Part shown: positions 9,248-20,388 of the stretch, in pieces | Numbering within the stretch: position 1 is the stretch's first letter | Layout of the letters: the number at the start of each line of letters is the position of its first letter | DNA from: Octopus bimaculoides | Taxonomy: Eukaryota | Assembly (NCBI RefSeq): GCF_001194135.2 | Contig: NC_068985.1 | Location: 10,107,609-10,143,437, forward strand | Direction: 5' to 3' | DNA: 35,829 nucleotides | Program-made: the position numbers and the translations under genes | The notes under the pieces: generated by a model | The model's input: only the letters and a program-made list of their open reading frames with translations | Databases searched by the model: none | What the model was told of the DNA's origin: nothing

Positions 9248-9437
9248 ACAATAGGCACAAGGCCTGAAATTTTGGGAAAGGGGGAAAGTCGATTACATCG
9301 ACCCCAGTGTTCAACTTGGTACCTATTTTATTGATCCCGAAAGGATTAATAGCAAAGTCGACCTCAGCGGAATTTGAAGTCAGAAAATAAGGACGGACGA
9401 AATGGCGCTTAGCATTTCATCCGACGTGCTAACGTTT
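9248..9437 (-). mobile_element. Family-A SINE
   Basis: taggcacaaggcctgaaattttggg...aaagtcgacctcagcggaatttgaag...gtgctaacgtttct. Confidence 0.9.
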
Positions 9438-9657
9438 CTTATTTTTTTATTGCCCACAAAGGGTTAAAAATAGAGGGGACAAACAAGGACAGATAAATGG
9501 GTTAAGTCAATTACATCGACCCTATTGCGTACCTGGTACTTAATTTACCGACCCCGAAAGGATGAAAGGAAAAGTCAACCTCGGCGGAATTTGAACTCAG
9601 AACGTAACGGCAGACGAAATACCGCTAAGCATTCCGCCCGGCATGCTAAAGTTTCTT
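9438..9657 (-). mobile_element. Family-A SINE with alternative 3' tail (A')
   Basis: Same head and body as family A, but the tail is ttattgcccacaaagggttaaaaatagaggggacaaacaaggacag instead of ggcacaaggcctgaaatttt. Confidence 0.8.
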
Positions 9658-9769
9658 AATTTTCTATTATCCATAAGGACATACATAAAAGGGACAGCAC
9701 AATGAAATCGAATGATTTTACAAGAAATGAGATTGAGGTCCTTTTAAAAATTCTAAAAACAGATATAAT

Positions 9770-10445
9770 GCGGATGATGATGCAACACAATAGGACACAA
9801 CATATGGAGTGGAGGCGGGATTTTAACGGACCCCACGAACCCCGCCTTACCACTGACCTGGGTTTTTAAACCATATCGCATTCACGCGGAGCCTTCCTTG
9901 CCCAACATTCATGCGACATTCTTCCATCTTTTTCCAAACCAGTTTTCAGTCAAACATTTCCTGTCCAGCCCTATTTGGCTTTTCAGGTGGAAGATGAAAA
10001 AATTCATCAGATTAGGGCCAGAGATGAAGGTGCCTGACCTTATTCCTTTCATTCTTATCCTCCATATAATCCCTCTCGCAGTTCCTACTACAGAGAGAAA
10101 ACAATTCTTACCTTCTTTCGTTAAGAAATCCGGTGGGTTAATTTTCACTATAGATTCAGTCGACAGCTGTACTCTTCCTCCACCCGACAGGAGTTGTTCG
10201 GCATGAACCCACATGTCAGACACTTCCGGGCACTGAACAATAGCGTGCGGGACGGTTTCCTTGTATCGCCCACATCTTGGACAGATCGGAGTGTCTCAGC
10301 CACTGTGCCTTGAGAGTTTATCCCGGACAGGTAAGGCTCCGCGGTAACATTGCCATGCCAAAGACTTCTGAAAAGAGAGAAGTGTTCAATGAGTCCCTTC
10401 GTGACACGATTTCAATTCCTAGATTTATTTTAACTTGGGTTGTTA
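9770..10445 (-). mobile_element. L1/Tx1-clade LINE 3' fragment (ORF2 C-terminal zinc-finger region), pseudogenised
   Basis: Minus translation FQKSLAWQCYRGALPVRDKLSRHSG*DTPICPRCGRYKETVPHAIVQCPEVSDMW...KRWKNVA* (stop at 9909) shows the LPV.D.L / CxxC-ET-H-C zf-RVT pattern. Confidence 0.85.
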
Positions 10446-10667
10446 ATTTCTTTGAGAAATGAACAAAACGTAACTCAATTTTCTTTACACAGTCTTTTGA
10501 ATTTTCCCTCATTTTTTATAAAAAATAATCAGAGATATATAAGCGGCAGAGTGCATATTTTGATAATTATTTTGATATTGAAAATTACAGCATCAGACTA
10601 AACAAAATCTTTATTTACATCATGCTTAAATTCTGTGATCAAATTCTGGCAGAGACAACTCTGACTA

Positions 10668-10737
10668 TCAGGTTTCCTGAGCAGATAACAGTACATATAA
10701 TGCACCGCTGTCGTTTTCAATCGCCTTCACACCTGTC
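10668..10737 (-). CDS. Weak candidate terminal exon, product unknown
   Basis: cattttag|G ACA GGT... reads TGVKAIENDSGALYVLLSAQET* with AATAAA at 10610-10615 downstream. The acceptor is weak and no homology is recognised. Confidence 0.2.
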
Positions 10738-12242
10738 CTAAAATGTATATGTTTGCGCATTAGATTAAGAAAGTGAGATTGGTTCTGTTGCATTACACAA
10801 AATCTAGCTGTAGGAGATATTTGTATTATATTCTTTGTAATAAATGCATGATAACTTCTTCGAATTCGAAGGACTCTTTTAAAAGTAAAGTGTGGACATT
10901 TTTGAGCGGGAAAATATTGCTTGTTTTGTGCTAAGAACAAAAGGAAAAAAAATGGAGATAACAGTAGATGAAACTCACCGCATTTAAACCAGATTATGGC
11001 TTAACAAAGTTCCATAAAAAATCTCCCTCTCCAAAACAAAACAAAATAGTACTAAATTATTTGATTAGCGAAATAAAACAAAATCAATAAGTACAGCAAA
11101 AGATAAAAAACACAAACTAAAACAACAATTTTTCTTCCAGTAAAAACTTGAACGGCTTTAAAATTCCATTGATCCGTCATATTCTCCAATAAACGACATT
11201 ATTTTCAGTTTTTTAACACCACCAAACCCATTTCACTCTCCTTATTTATTTCTTTATCAATTTGTTTTTTATTTTCTCAAACTGCTGCTTTAATCTACCA
11301 TTTCCTTCATTCTAAAACAATTTTCATCAAGTTTCTTTCAATACTAATGACTCTACCGTGCGACAATGAAATTTACCCGCTCAGCATATTCTTGTACCCA
11401 GCGGGAAGACAAAACAATGACAAATAAACGAATGATGACAAAATAAGATAATAAAGGAAAAAAAAAACTCCAAAAAATTTATAATAAAAATATATAAAAT
11501 ATAATGAAATATATAGTAATATATAAAATACAAAGAAATATATAAGAATAATTAAAAAATGTGCAAACTAACAATACATCATATTTTTCTTCTCCCGTCT
11601 CCTCCACACACTAAATTACGTTCTTTTCATTTGCCATTTGCGATACAATCTAACAGATATTCCCCTAAGGCGTGAACAAATCTCACATTTAACCAATGCT
11701 TATTTGTTAAATTTTCTTTTTAACAACTTTCAACAAAAAGTCTCGAGACTCTTTAACAATCCGCTCTATACATTTAAATAAACANNNNNNNNNNAAACAA
11801 CACCCTCCAAAAAAACAAAAAGCAAAACAGCTACAACAGCAACAATAACAATAAAAAATGAACGAGAAAAAATCGTATTAAAAATCATTTTCAAATTATA
11901 TTTTCAATATATATATATAAAAAAAAAGATATGAAGTTGATTTTCAGTAGAAAAATAACGAACGTGGAGATTAGCTTATCATGCAAACCTTACAAAAACT
12001 TGAATAATTTTACCGGTTTCAATCACTGGGCGTTGGTCATGCCGAAACAACGCCCTCTAGAGTATAATCGAGCACACCGATGCCAGTAATTATATCATGC
12101 ACTTATGAAATATTTCTTTATTTCCCACTAGGGGGCCGACAAAGATGGGGACCACACAACCTGATTTGGGGTCAGGTGTTCGATATGTAATTACAATAAA
12201 AATGAAGTTAAAAGTTAAAACATATATAAACGAATGATTATA

Positions 12243-12325
12243 CAGGGTGCCCACAAAGTCTGGGTACATGGGGATTAACACATACTTTAAGAAATTATTA
12301 TTTCTTATATTTAATTGTCCATGTT
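12243..12325 (+). mobile_element. Tc1/mariner-type terminal fragment
   Basis: TA|CAGGGTGCCCACAAAGTC start typical of IS630-Tc1-mariner termini; truncated by the adjacent SINE. Confidence 0.45.
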
Positions 12326-12328
12326 ATA

Positions 12329-12495
12329 CTTAGCGGTATTTCGTCTGTTTTTACGTTCTGAGTTCAAATTACGCCGAGGTCAATTTTGCCTTTCATCCTT
12401 TCGAGGTCGATAAATTAAGTACCAGTTGTGTACTAAAGATGATCTAATCAACTGACCTCTCCCCCAAAATTTCGGGCCTTGTGCCTAGAGTAGAA
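12329..12495 (+). mobile_element. Family-A SINE, 5'-truncated
   Basis: cttagcggtatttcgtctg...gagttcaaattacgccgaggtc...ccccaaaatttcgggccttgtgcctagagtagaa. Confidence 0.9.
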
Positions 12496-12738
12496 CTGAT
12501 AATACTTTTAAGATAGCCGTGGCTAACCTTATGTCGACCAAAGTCAAGAATTTAGCTTAAAAATAAATCTTCCTTATCGTAAAAACATAAATGGGAAATG
12601 ACAAGATAGAATGCCTTAACTTCTTTCTCAGCTGCTAAATAAAAATGCGTTTTTTCATTCTTCACCATGTCACATACATTCACAATGTATTCCCTGTTTG
12701 TAACACTTTTCTTCTGCTTCATTTATATCGCTTAAGCA

Positions 12739-12839
12739 GGGAATACTTTAGTACGGGAGTACTATAGTACGAGAGTACTATAGTGCCAAAGTACTATAGT
12801 ACGGGAATACTATAGTACAGGAGTACTATTGTATGGGAG
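12739..12839. repeat. 16-bp minisatellite, about 6 units, each holding the 12-bp palindrome GTACTATAGTAC
   Basis: gggaatactttagtac / gggagtactatagtac / gagagtactatagtgc / caaagtactatagtac / gggaatactatagtac / aggagtactattgtat. Confidence 0.92.
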
Positions 12840-13062
12840 GGAGGAAGAAATGAAATTATCTCGAAACAGGGGAACGGGTTCGAATACTTGCAACAGAGTA
12901 GATACCACTAGAGATGCCCTCAAAGTAAGTGGTGATATCAAAATGGGTATGAAAGGATCAAGTTAGTCACCCAAGTATATCTAAGTGGAATTTGAACTCA
13001 GAGAACAGGGAACCCAAACAAGTACCGCTAAGCAGCCATTTTGTCAGATGTTCAAATGATAT

Positions 13063-13277
13063 TCTTTTCTACTCTCGGCACAAAGCCCGAAGTTTTGGGG
13101 GAGGGGGCGAGTTGATTAGATCGACCCCAGTACGCAACTGGTGCTTAATTTATCGACCCCGAAAGGATGAAAGGCGAAGTCAACCTCGGTGGAATTTGAA
13201 CTCAGAACGCAAAGACAGACGAAATACTGCAAAGCATTTCGCCTGGCGTGCTAACGTTTCTGCCAGCTTGCTGTCTG
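13063..13277 (-). mobile_element. Young family-A SINE with TSD
   Basis: Close to consensus; agatgttcaaat duplicated at 13046-13057 and 13278-13289. Confidence 0.92.
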
Positions 13278-13502
13278 AGATGTTCAAATTGTATTGTCAG
13301 CCCACCGATGTAAACTGACTTATTATTTTTCACATAGAAAGGAGGAAAGTCAAAGGTGACGAAGACTCGATTTGAACTCACATCGAAAGAAACCAAAATT
13401 AATGCTGTAAGGAATTTCTTCTGATGACCTAATACTTCGGTCAATTCGCCGCCTTGAGTTCATATGGTAACGCACAAACACACATGCCTACACACAGATA
13501 TA

Positions 13503-13702
13503 CAGGGTTGGCCAAGAGTCACTCGACAGTAAATCAAAATTCCATAAATACTATCTATAATTCTGTATTGATTCGAATGGAAAAATGCGTCGCTCAAGAA
13601 GGACTTCAATTTGAACAATTTCCATGATGTTTCATATTTAGATGCTTTTCATTGCAATTAAATGGTTTTGATTTACTGTCAGGAGACTTTTGGCCAAAGT
13701 TG
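13503..13702. mobile_element. 200-bp Tc1/mariner MITE with TA TSD and transposase C-terminal remnant
   Basis: TA at 13501-13502 and 13703-13704. Imperfect ~37-bp TIRs share ttggccaa.agtc...gacagtaaatcaaaa. Internal RMEKCVAQEGLQFEQ resembles the R...C....G..FE end of Tc1/mariner transposases. Confidence 0.75.
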
Positions 13703-13841
13703 TATACAAGTATTACATAAGTACAAATATATATATATATAGTCGATTCAAACAAAAACAAGCAAGAAAAAACAACAATGCGAGGACGTGGAATAAGTAC
13801 AGTGTTATTGGACGCTCAGGAAAGGAAAGAAAAGAAAGAGG

Positions 13842-13876
13842 ATTCAACGTTTCGATCGGATATCTTCGTCAGGAAT
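13842..13876 (-). ncRNA. Minimal type-I hammerhead in a Penelope-type tail fragment (about 13745-13942)
   Basis: Minus strand AUUC-CUGACGA-A-GAU(AUCCG)AUC-GAAA-CG-UU-GAAU. Helix I 4 bp, helix II 3 bp, palindromic ACGU helix III, GUU triplet. Confidence 0.7.
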
Positions 13877-13992
13877 ATAGGAAAAGTCCAAAGAAGGGAA
13901 GACAGAGAAAGAAAATCGCCAACGATGCACACGCGGTCACATACACACCCACACCCACACACCCACACCCACACACACACTCATACCCACAC

Positions 13993-13994
<2 letters not shown>

Positions 13995-14028
<34 letters not shown>

Positions 14029-14172
14029 GACGAGTTTCTTTCAGTTTCCGTCTGCCAAATCGACTCAAGGCTTTGGTGGGCCCGAGGCTATAGTAGAAGA
14101 CACCTGCCCAAGGTGCCACACAACAATATGGAATCATGTAGCTGGGTAGCAAACTTCTTACCACACAGCCAC
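13995..14172 (-). mobile_element. Family-B SINE 5' half
   Basis: acgacgagtttctttcagtttccgtctgcc...ctatagtagaagacacctgcccaaggtgcca...cttaccacacagccac. Confidence 0.88.
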
Positions 14173-14228
14173 GTTTGCGCCTATATACATAAATGTATCT
14201 CTCTCTCTTTCTTTTTTTCTTCCACCCC

Positions 14229-14259
<31 letters not shown>

Positions 14260-14294
14260 ATACACGGACACATACACACATATATGTATGCAAA

Positions 14295-14376
<82 letters not shown>
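14295..14376. repeat. (TATC)n microsatellite
   Basis: About 20 near-perfect units. Confidence 0.97.
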
Positions 14377-14377
<1 letters not shown>

Positions 14378-15254
14378 TCTCTCTCTCTCACTGTCTATCT
14401 CTCACTCTCTCTCTCTAGTTAGACATGATAGTGTAATGTGCATAAGTACATACATATATGTATATATCCCTATCATACATTTCTGTATGCGAGTGCTTAC
14501 ACACTCACACACACACACATATATATATATACATACTCATGAATATGGTGAATGATTCAGAGGTTATACACAAACTTTGCTAAAACAAAACATGTGTTAT
14601 GCCATTTATATGCTGATCAATAACTTCGTTAAGAATATGAAATTGTGATTGATTTAAATTTATTGAAAATTTGTACTGCAAATGTTTATTTCGGCTCTTG
14701 GGTGAAAAAAAAGAAGAAAAACTAGTACAAAGCTAATGTTTATCTTGCAGGAATTTAAATTCACTTTGCTTGAAAATTGTATTTTATTGTTTGAAAATGT
14801 CCAAACCCTTCAATTATATCGAACAATTAGACAATAAATTGTGATAGATATTTTCCATGTTTGTTTTATATATAATTATCAAATACTGTTTTGTAATTTA
14901 ATTAGCCAATTTCAAATGTTTTCAAGTATGTATTGGTTCCGCATAAAACACTGCTGGATCGAAGAGTATATCACGTCTTTAAAAATCTTCATGATAGGAG
15001 CATTGTCTAACTGGCATATATCGTACACGAAATTTCTCTTTCTCTCTCTCCCTTTCTCTCCTTCTCTCCTTCTCTCTTCCCTCCTTCTCTCCTCCCCTCT
15101 CTCTTATACAGGATAACATTAACGCAAACCTACCCTCATACATTCATGCTTGATTCTGATTTTGTTTCCTTATTAATCTTCAATATCTATCTACCTATCT
15201 AGCGAGATCACTATCTATATATATCATCTGTATATATCTATATATCTCAGCAGG

Positions 15255-15407
15255 AAAATCTGTGTGGTAAGAAGCTTGGTTCTCAATCACACAGTTCCGG
15301 GTTCAGTCCTACTGCGTGGCACACTGGGCAAATTTCTTGTGCTGTAGCTTCGGGCCGACCAATGCCATGTCAGTGGATTCGTAGACGGAAACTGAAAGAA
15401 GCCCGTC

Positions 15408-15471
<64 letters not shown>

Positions 15472-15705
15472 TTGTGTGTGTGTGTTTGTGTGTGTGTGTT
15501 TGTGTCTGTGTTTGTTCCCCCGTAACATCTTGACAACCGGTGTTGGTGTGTTTACGTTCCGTAAGATAGCGATTCGTTAAATGAGACCGATAGAATAAGT
15601 ACAAGGCTTAAAAAATAAGTACTGGGGTCGATTCATTCGACTAAAAATTCAAGGCGGTGCCCCAGCATGTCCGTAGTCTAATGACTGAAACAAGAAAAAG
15701 GTAAA
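15255..15705 (+). mobile_element. Family-B SINE, full length, with internal (TA)n(TG)n
   Basis: ctgtgtggtaagaagcttg...gacggaaactgaaagaagcccgtcg(TA)n(TG)n...ggcggtgccccagcatgtccgtagtctaatgactgaaacaag. Confidence 0.92.
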
Positions 15706-15750
15706 AGATATGCATATATATATATACAGTCTGTTAAAGTCTGTCATACC

Positions 15751-15790
15751 GGCCATGACGAAGGGAAATAACCCTGAAACTCGAGTCGCC
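15751..15790 (+). ncRNA. Variant type-I hammerhead with 8-nt palindromic helix III
   Basis: GGC-C(A)UGACGA-AGGG(AAAUAA)CCCU-GAAA-CUCGAG-UC-GCC. Helix II 4 bp, ACUCGAGU palindrome, GUC triplet; one extra A in the 5' core. Confidence 0.6.
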
Positions 15791-17179
15791 TTTATATATT
15801 TATATTTATATATTTATATATTTGATCCTTTATATTGAACACTCAATATTTCATCTACATTCAATACTTTCTTTCATGGTGCCATCCATTTTTATTTTAT
15901 TTTATTTTATATTATATATTGTATATTATATTATATATTGTATATTCCATATTCTATACCCCACATTGGTTCTGCAGGAATATAAATAAAACATAAAAAA
16001 CAGACAGTGTTGGAAGTCTTTTAAACTAAATAATATATTCCTCTATACACAATCATACAAAANNNNNNNNNNNNNNNNNNNNNNNNNNNNNNNNNNNNNN
16101 NNNNNNNNNNNNNNNNNNNNNNNNNNNNNNNNNNNNNNNNNNNNNNNNNNNNNNNNNNNNNNNNNNNNNNNNNNNNNNNNNNNNNNNNNNNNNNNNNNNN
16201 NNNNNNNNNNNNNNNNNNNNNNNNNNNNNNNNNNNNNNNNNNNNNNNNNNNNNNNNNNNNNNNNNNNNNNNNNNNNNNNNNNNNNNNNNNNNNNNNNNNN
16301 NNNNNNNNNNNNNNNNNNNNNNNNNNNNNNNNNNNNNNNNNNNNNNNNNNNNNNNNNNNNNNNNNNNNNNNNNNNNNNNNNNNNNNNNNNNNNNNNNNNN
16401 NNNNNNNNNNNNNNNNNNNNNNNNNNNNNNNNNNNNNNNNNNNNNNNNNNNNNNNNNNNNNNNNNNNNNNNNNNNNNNNNNNNNNNNNNNNNNNNNNNNN
16501 NNNNNNNNNNNNNNNNNNNNNNNNNNNNNNNNNNNNNNNNNNNNNNNNNNNNNNNNNNNNNNNNNNNNNNNNNNNNNNNNNNNNNNNNNNNNNNNNNNNN
16601 NNNNNNNNNNNNNNNNNNNNNNNNNNNNNNNNNNNNNNNNNNNNNNNNNNNNNNNNNNNNNNNNNNNNNNNNNNNNNNNNNNNNNNNNNNNNNNNNNNNN
16701 NNNNNNNNNNNNNNNNNNNNNNNNNNNNNNNNNNNNNNNNNNNNNNNNNNNNNNNNNNNNNNNNNNNNNNNNNNNNNNNNNNNNNNNNNNNNNNNNNNNN
16801 NGGTAATTACAATAATGTAGTTACAATAATATGTCCCTCTACTGAAATGAAATTTCAGTAAATTTTCTGTATCTTTGTGCAGCTGAAGATTGCTCTGCAT
16901 TTTACATTTAATGTAAAGCTCACATTGCTTAAATAAATGGAGTCGCATGAAACGATCGTACTGCATTAACCTTGAATATCCTCGTTGCTTATTTTGATTT
17001 TTGTCGGTCTATATATATATAAACGCATGAGTTGATATATATAAATATATGAAATGACAGACTTCTGGTAATGTCTTCCAACCATGAATTATACAAATTA
17101 CGGCCGAAATTGACAATATGGGCGGGTGGGCTAACGTCCTTTGTGTGAGTGTATGCGAATGTGTATATACGCATCCCGA

Positions 17180-17282
17180 CTTAAGAGCTATAGTAGAAGA
17201 CACTTGCCCAAGGTGCTATGCAGTGAGTTTGAGCCCAGAACCATGTGGTAGGGAAGCAAACTTATTACCACAACAGCTATAC
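17180..17282 (-). mobile_element. Family-B SINE 5' fragment
   Basis: gctatagtagaagacacttgcccaaggtgc...ccatgtggtagggaagcaaacttattaccacaacagc. Confidence 0.85.
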
Positions 17283-17915
17283 CTGTTTGGATACGCTCAG
17301 ATGATCAAAGATTTTTATCTAGGTATATTACATATGTAAGACCCAGCTGTTCTTCAATGCATCTGTCACACTTCATTTAAGCCTATTCTGTTTGTAGGAG
17401 AGTTTTACATATGTCACACATCAATAGATTTTGCTGAGCGGAAATAGACATAAGACATCTCTGTTACATCTCATTAGGCCCTAGTCAGCTAGGAAAGGAG
17501 TTAATTATTTCAGTCACACCTCACTGGACCCTGCTTAGTTCTGTGTGTGTGTGTTTGTGTGCGTGTGTGTGTGTGTGTGTGTGTGCATGTGTGAGTCTCT
17601 ATCTGTCTGTCTGTCTGTCTGTATGTTTGTCATCTGTGGTTAATGTTCATTAGACATTCTAGCCTGCATATATATCTTTCCTTGCCTTTTTCTTGTACTA
17701 TTCTTTTGTCTTAAACCCAATGTAACTCAACCCATTCTTTCCCCTACGTTTTGTTTTCATCAACAGTTATTTACAAATGCTGGCAATTCTTATAGAATGA
17801 TAATAGTAATTGAAAATTGTAGCAATGTTTCATTCCCTAATCAGACGGGAATATAGCAACATGACAGCCAAAACTCGGGATTTTTAGCGAGACACACCTT
17901 TATGTATGGACGTCC

Positions 17916-17999
17916 CTGATGAGACCCAAACTGTAAAATGTTGAACAGAGTCCCACCCATAAGGGACAGTAGCAGGATGGGTCGAAACGACCGTTGTAC
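17916..17999 (+). ncRNA. Hammerhead core with extended helix II; helix I partner not evident
   Basis: CUGAUGA-GACCCA-(49-nt insert containing GUCCC/GGGAC hairpin)-UGGGUC-GAAA-CGACCGUUG-UA, then (AAT)n and a gap. The core and 6-bp helix II are perfect. Confidence 0.6.
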
Positions 18000-18215
18000 A
18001 AATAATAATNNNNNNNNNNNNNNNNNNNNNNNNNNNNNNNNNNNNNNNNNNNNNNNNNNNNNNNNNNNNNNNNNNNNNNNNNNNNNNNNNNNNNNNNNNN
18101 NNNNNNNNNNNNNNNNNNNNNNNNNNNNNNNNNNNNNNNNNNNNNNNNNNNNNNNNNNNNNNNNNNNNNNNNNNNNNNNNNNNNNNNNNNNNNNNNNNNN
18201 NNNNNNNNNNNNNNN

Positions 18216-19242
18216 TCAGACAGAAAACTGGATGCTACAGCAAAAATAAGCTGAACATCAATGTATCAAGTCCTGAAGGAGGATCTCGATCTCAGGACCC
18301 ATTCTTACATGAGCTCACGCAAGTTTATAAGACCATGAGACTGGGGAGAAGTAGTCTTATTCTATATCAGATTGCTGAAGGCACGCTGCGCAACCTGGGC
18401 TATCTTGTCGTGTCTACGTTTGTACTCTTTCTGCGCAAGACTTTCACAAGCACTAACAATGTGACCCTCTTCCCACACATTCTGCAGAGGTCCGATGCAC
18501 TTGTTTGGTATATATTCTTTTTCACTGAGTTGGCATTCAATGCCTGGTCCTGGGCCGCGATGACATCGAACAGATAGCAAACCACCAGAATGACCGATAT
18601 TGGCGTGTATCTGGTTCCGTCGAGGGTAAACTCGTAAATGAACGTCAAAATCCACAGTCAGTTATGGTTTGGGCGGCTTTGACAGCCACTGGAAGGTCTC
18701 CCCTCGTTTTTGTTCCCTCAGGTGTTAAAATTAATACTCAGCAATACATTAGAAACATTCTGGAAGTTGAACTGCTTCCATGGGCGAATGAGCACTTTCA
18801 AGGCGCACCTTGGAGCTTCCAACAGGACTTGGCATCATCCAACAGCTCCAAATAGACACAGCGCTGGAGTCAGAAAAACGTTCCGTCGTTAATATGGCCC
18901 TCAAGAAATCCCGATCTCAACCCGTTGGATTTTTCTGTTTGGGCCATTTTGGAGACGAGGGTCTCGAGTACTCCTCATACTTGCTCGACGCTCTGAAGGC
19001 AAAACTACGCCAGGATTGGGCTTCGATGCCGCAAGAACAGTTGCCTGGCCACATGTTTAGTATTCGCACCTAGACTTAAGGCTGTGATTCGAAACAGAGG
19101 TGGTCATATCGAATAAACATGGTATTGTCATAACTGTGTTTCCTTTACCATTGCATTGCAACGCTCGGACTCCAAATTTAACAATATTTTGCTATGACAA
19201 AATTGAAAACAACGTTGGTTGCCTTAATTTTTGGGCACCCCG
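18216..19242 (+). mobile_element. Degraded maT/DD37D-like Tc1/mariner transposon (left end in gap), right TIR plus TA
   Basis: Fragments [123 protein letters not shown] (19114-19116). Ends gggcaccccg|TA at 19242. PDLNPLD points to maT; D-to-D spacing here is 33, so a small deletion is inferred. Confidence 0.85.
18399..18562 (-). mobile_element. Internal R4/Dong-like LINE fragment (CCHC region) inserted antisense in the transposase
   Basis: Minus translation IAAQDQALNANSVKKNIYQTSASDLCRMCGK/(frameshift)/HIVSACESLAQKEYKRRHDKIA matches the AAQDQAL...CRxC...HIxSxC..LA..EY..RHD signature. Confidence 0.85.
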
Positions 19243-19400
19243 TATGCATGTATGTATGTATGTATGCATGTATGTATGTATGTATGTATGTATGTATGTA
19301 TGTATGTATGTATGCATGTATGTTTGTATGTATGTATGTTTGTATGTATGTATATGTTTGTATGTATGCATGTTTTTTATGTATGTGTGTTTGTATGTAG
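19243..19400. repeat. (TATG)n microsatellite, degenerating 3'
   Basis: Starts exactly at the transposon TA target. Confidence 0.95.
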
Positions 19401-19484
19401 GTGTGTTTGTGTGTGTGCATATTTATATAATAATGAAGAAGTAAATAGTATAGTTAACCACTTTATACAGTACAACTAATTAAT

Positions 19485-19486
<2 letters not shown>

Positions 19487-19543
<57 letters not shown>

Positions 19544-19562
19544 ATATATATATATATATATA
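19487..19562. repeat. Compound (CT)n(AT)n microsatellite
   Basis: Direct observation. Confidence 0.97.
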
Positions 19563-20388
19563 TGCATTTGCACACAAGTATATACGTTCGTTCGTATATA
19601 CTGCAATGATATCAGCCACCTTGCAGAGGTGATAGATTCATTGTACTCTGAATAGGTTTATAAAACCGACATATTCCACATTGTGAATTAAAAACATTTC
19701 CGATTAGTATCCTCTAAGAAATTTCCCATCAAAAGAACACACAACACATCGTAATATACTGTATGTGAATGTAATTCTGTATTATTAACTCTAATGTTTG
19801 ACTACTCGTATTTACTAAAGAATATAATACGTAGTGTAAATATGCGGCGCCATGATAACACGTTTGAAGATTTACTCCATTATCTCCGTCTTCACGCTTG
19901 TCACGTCACCACAAAACTCAGCGCATCCAGGCAGTTAGAATCGATATTATTCGTATTATATTATCTGACTAACATTAATATACTTACACGAACTGTACAA
20001 AGAAAGAGTTCTATTCGTTGGATTTTGTTTAATTCTTCACTTATGTTCCAAAGAAAGTTAACTGAAGTATCACATCCTAACATGTATTTGCATTATTTTT
20101 GACATTATTATTAGCATTAACGAAACCTGTAAAAATTCTACGGTAGATGTAAAAAGTATTTGGATGCCTTTGCGAAAATTCAGTGTTGCCAGCCTCATCA
20201 ACATTTATAGAATAAATTTTTAAAGCACATGGATTTTACCCATCACATCTTGGAAGATATATTTTCCTAATGTTATGTTCCTGATTTAAGTAGGTATGGA
20301 TAATTTTGAAGGCAGGGGTAGTCAATACTATCATTCGCAATATATGACTAGTAAATTAATTTTCGACCACGTAAACGATAAAAAGGCA

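Noticed and set aside
14193-14555. ORFs with IYLS, HT, YI, CV or MYVC repeats (also 19100-19479, 29228-29528)
   Set aside because: Translations of microsatellites.
16860-16915. Strong-looking acceptor tttgtgcag at about 16880
   Set aside because: Two frames stop almost at once and the only donor is weak; no support for an exon.
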